A stretch of 64,000 nt of DNA from an uncultured delta proteobacterium. GTDB lineage: Bacteria; Myxococcota; Myxococcia; Myxococcales; Myxococcaceae. The first letter of the stretch is position 1. Each line of letters opens with the position of its first letter. Made by a program: the position numbers and the translations under genes. The notes under the pieces were generated by a model. It worked only from the letters and a program-made list of their open reading frames with translations, searched no databases and was not told the origin of the DNA. The stretch lies in contig CAWCKH010000004.1 of NCBI GenBank assembly GCA_963796055.1, positions 3,040,001-3,104,000 on the forward strand, given 5' to 3'. Positions 62,795 to 64,000 of the stretch are shown piece by piece.

Positions 62795-64000
62795 ATGCCC
62801 GGGAAGAAGAAGTATCTCGTCACTTCAGCGCTGCCCTACGCCAACGGCCCGCTCCACATCGGCCACACGGTGGAGTACGTGCTGACCGACGCCTTCGTAC
62901 GCTATCTGCGCTCGGCCGGGCACGAGGTGGTGTTCGTCTGCGCGGATGACACCCACGGCACCCCCGTCGAGCTGAGCGCTGCCAAGCAGGGGGTGAGCCC
63001 CGAGGCGTTCGTGGGGGAGATGTGGGAGAAGCACCGGGCGGACTTCCGCGACTTCGGCATCTCGCTCGACACCTTCCACTCCACCAACAGCCCCGAGAGC
63101 AAGCACTACTCCGAGCTGATCTACGGGCGGCTGAAGGAGGCCGGGGACATCCTGCGCCGTCCGATCCGGCAGACCTACTGCGAGGTGGACCGGCGGTTCC
63201 TGCCGGACCGGTTCGTGCGCGGGACCTGTCCGAACTGCAAGAGTCCGGACCAGTACGGTGACGCCTGCGAGGTGTGCGGGAAGACCTACCGCCCCGACGA
63301 GCTGATCTCCCCCCGCTGCGCGATCTGCGGCACCCCGCCGATCACGCGCCAGAGCGAGCACCTCTTCTTCGCGCTCTCCCGGCACCAGCCGTGGCTCCAG
63401 GACGTGGTGCGGAGCCCCGGGTTCCTGCACCCGGCGGTGGCCAACCAGCTCCAGGCCTTCTTCGACCAGGGACTTCAAGACTGGGACATCAGCCGCGACG
63501 CCCCGTACTTCGGCTTTCCCATCCCGGGAGAGAAGGACAAGTTCTTCTACGTCTGGCTGGACGCGCCGATCGGCTACATCGCGGCGACCGAGAAGTGGGC
63601 CAAGGATTCGGGCCGGGCGGGCTCGGCGATGGATCTCTGGGCAGAGGACTCGGACACCGAGATCCGCCACTTCATCGGGAAGGACATCGTCTACTTCCAT
63701 GCGCTGTTCTGGCCGACGGTGCTCAAGGTCGCGCGGTTCAAGCGGCCGGCGAAGTTGCACGTCCACGGACACCTGACCCTCAATGGCGAGAAGATGTCGA
63801 AGTCGCGCGGGACGCTGATCTCCGCGCGAACGGCGGTCGAGGCGTTCGACCCGGCGTACCTGCGCTACTTCTTTGCCGCCAACCTGGGGCCGGGCCCCGA
63901 GGACTTCGACCTGTCGCTCCCCGAGTTCCGGGCCCGGGTGAACGGCGAGCTGGTCAACAACGTCGGCAACCTCGCCAACCGGACGCTGTCGCTGCTCGCC
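62795..64000 (+). CDS. metG: Methionine--tRNA ligase, 3'-truncated by window edge
   Basis: Manual translation from ATG 62795: MPGKKKYLVTSALPYANGPLHIGH, CADDTHG, WDISRD, YVWLDAPIGY, IGKDIVYFH, KMSKS. Confidence 0.97.
   Translation, partial: MPGKKKYLVTSALPYANGPLHIGHTVEYVLTDAFVRYLRSAGHEVVFVCADDTHGTPVELSAAKQGVSPEAFVGEMWEKHRADFRDFGISLDTFHSTNSPESKHYSELIYGRLKEAGDILRRPIRQTYCEVDRRFLPDRFVRGTCPNCKSPDQYGDACEVCGKTYRPDELISPRCAICGTPPITRQSEHLFFALSRHQPWLQDVVRSPGFLHPAVANQLQAFFDQGLQDWDISRDAPYFGFPIPGEKDKFFYVWLDAPIGYIAATEKWAKDSGRAGSAMDLWAEDSDTEIRHFIGKDIVYFHALFWPTVLKVARFKRPAKLHVHGHLTLNGEKMSKSRGTLISARTAVEAFDPAYLRYFFAANLGPGPEDFDLSLPEFRARVNGELVNNVGNLANRTLSLLA

Overview
High-GC window that looks myxobacterial (Myxococcota): split nuo genes, many Ser/Thr kinases, adjacent holB-holA and a myxosortase-like protease. 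The attribution is inferred from gene content only. The backbone is mostly housekeeping: partial PTS IIC, Fur-boxed feoAB, nuoAB and nuoCDGHI ~10 kb apart, a dipeptide-type ABC operon, Rrf2 regulator, DHS-like gene and speA, bcp-cvpA-J protein-Hsp70, a kinase-FHA-trypsin-like-CPBP operon, polX, moaB, aceK, aldolase-mtnA, MscS-cNMP, holB (1-nt frameshift)-holA, an ECF/anti-sigma module and partial metG. Best leads: (1) a ~10 kb module (26741-36491) where an ECF43-type sigma/membrane Ser/Thr kinase pair sits next to three exported-protein genes, and two of their upstream regions share a 29-bp promoter-like motif, i.e. a candidate local regulon readable from sequence; (2) an orphan Hcp-fold gene with a Sec signal peptide, flanked by two lipoprotein genes; (3) a complete 1295-bp IS10-like IS4 element with TIRs and a 9-bp TSD; (4) a lipoprotein CpcT/CpeT homologue heading a Dpp operon; (5) two apparent pseudo-enzymes flanking the myxosortase-like protease. 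No rRNA, tRNA or true CRISPR array was found. Family calls come from motif recognition by eye; no searches were run.
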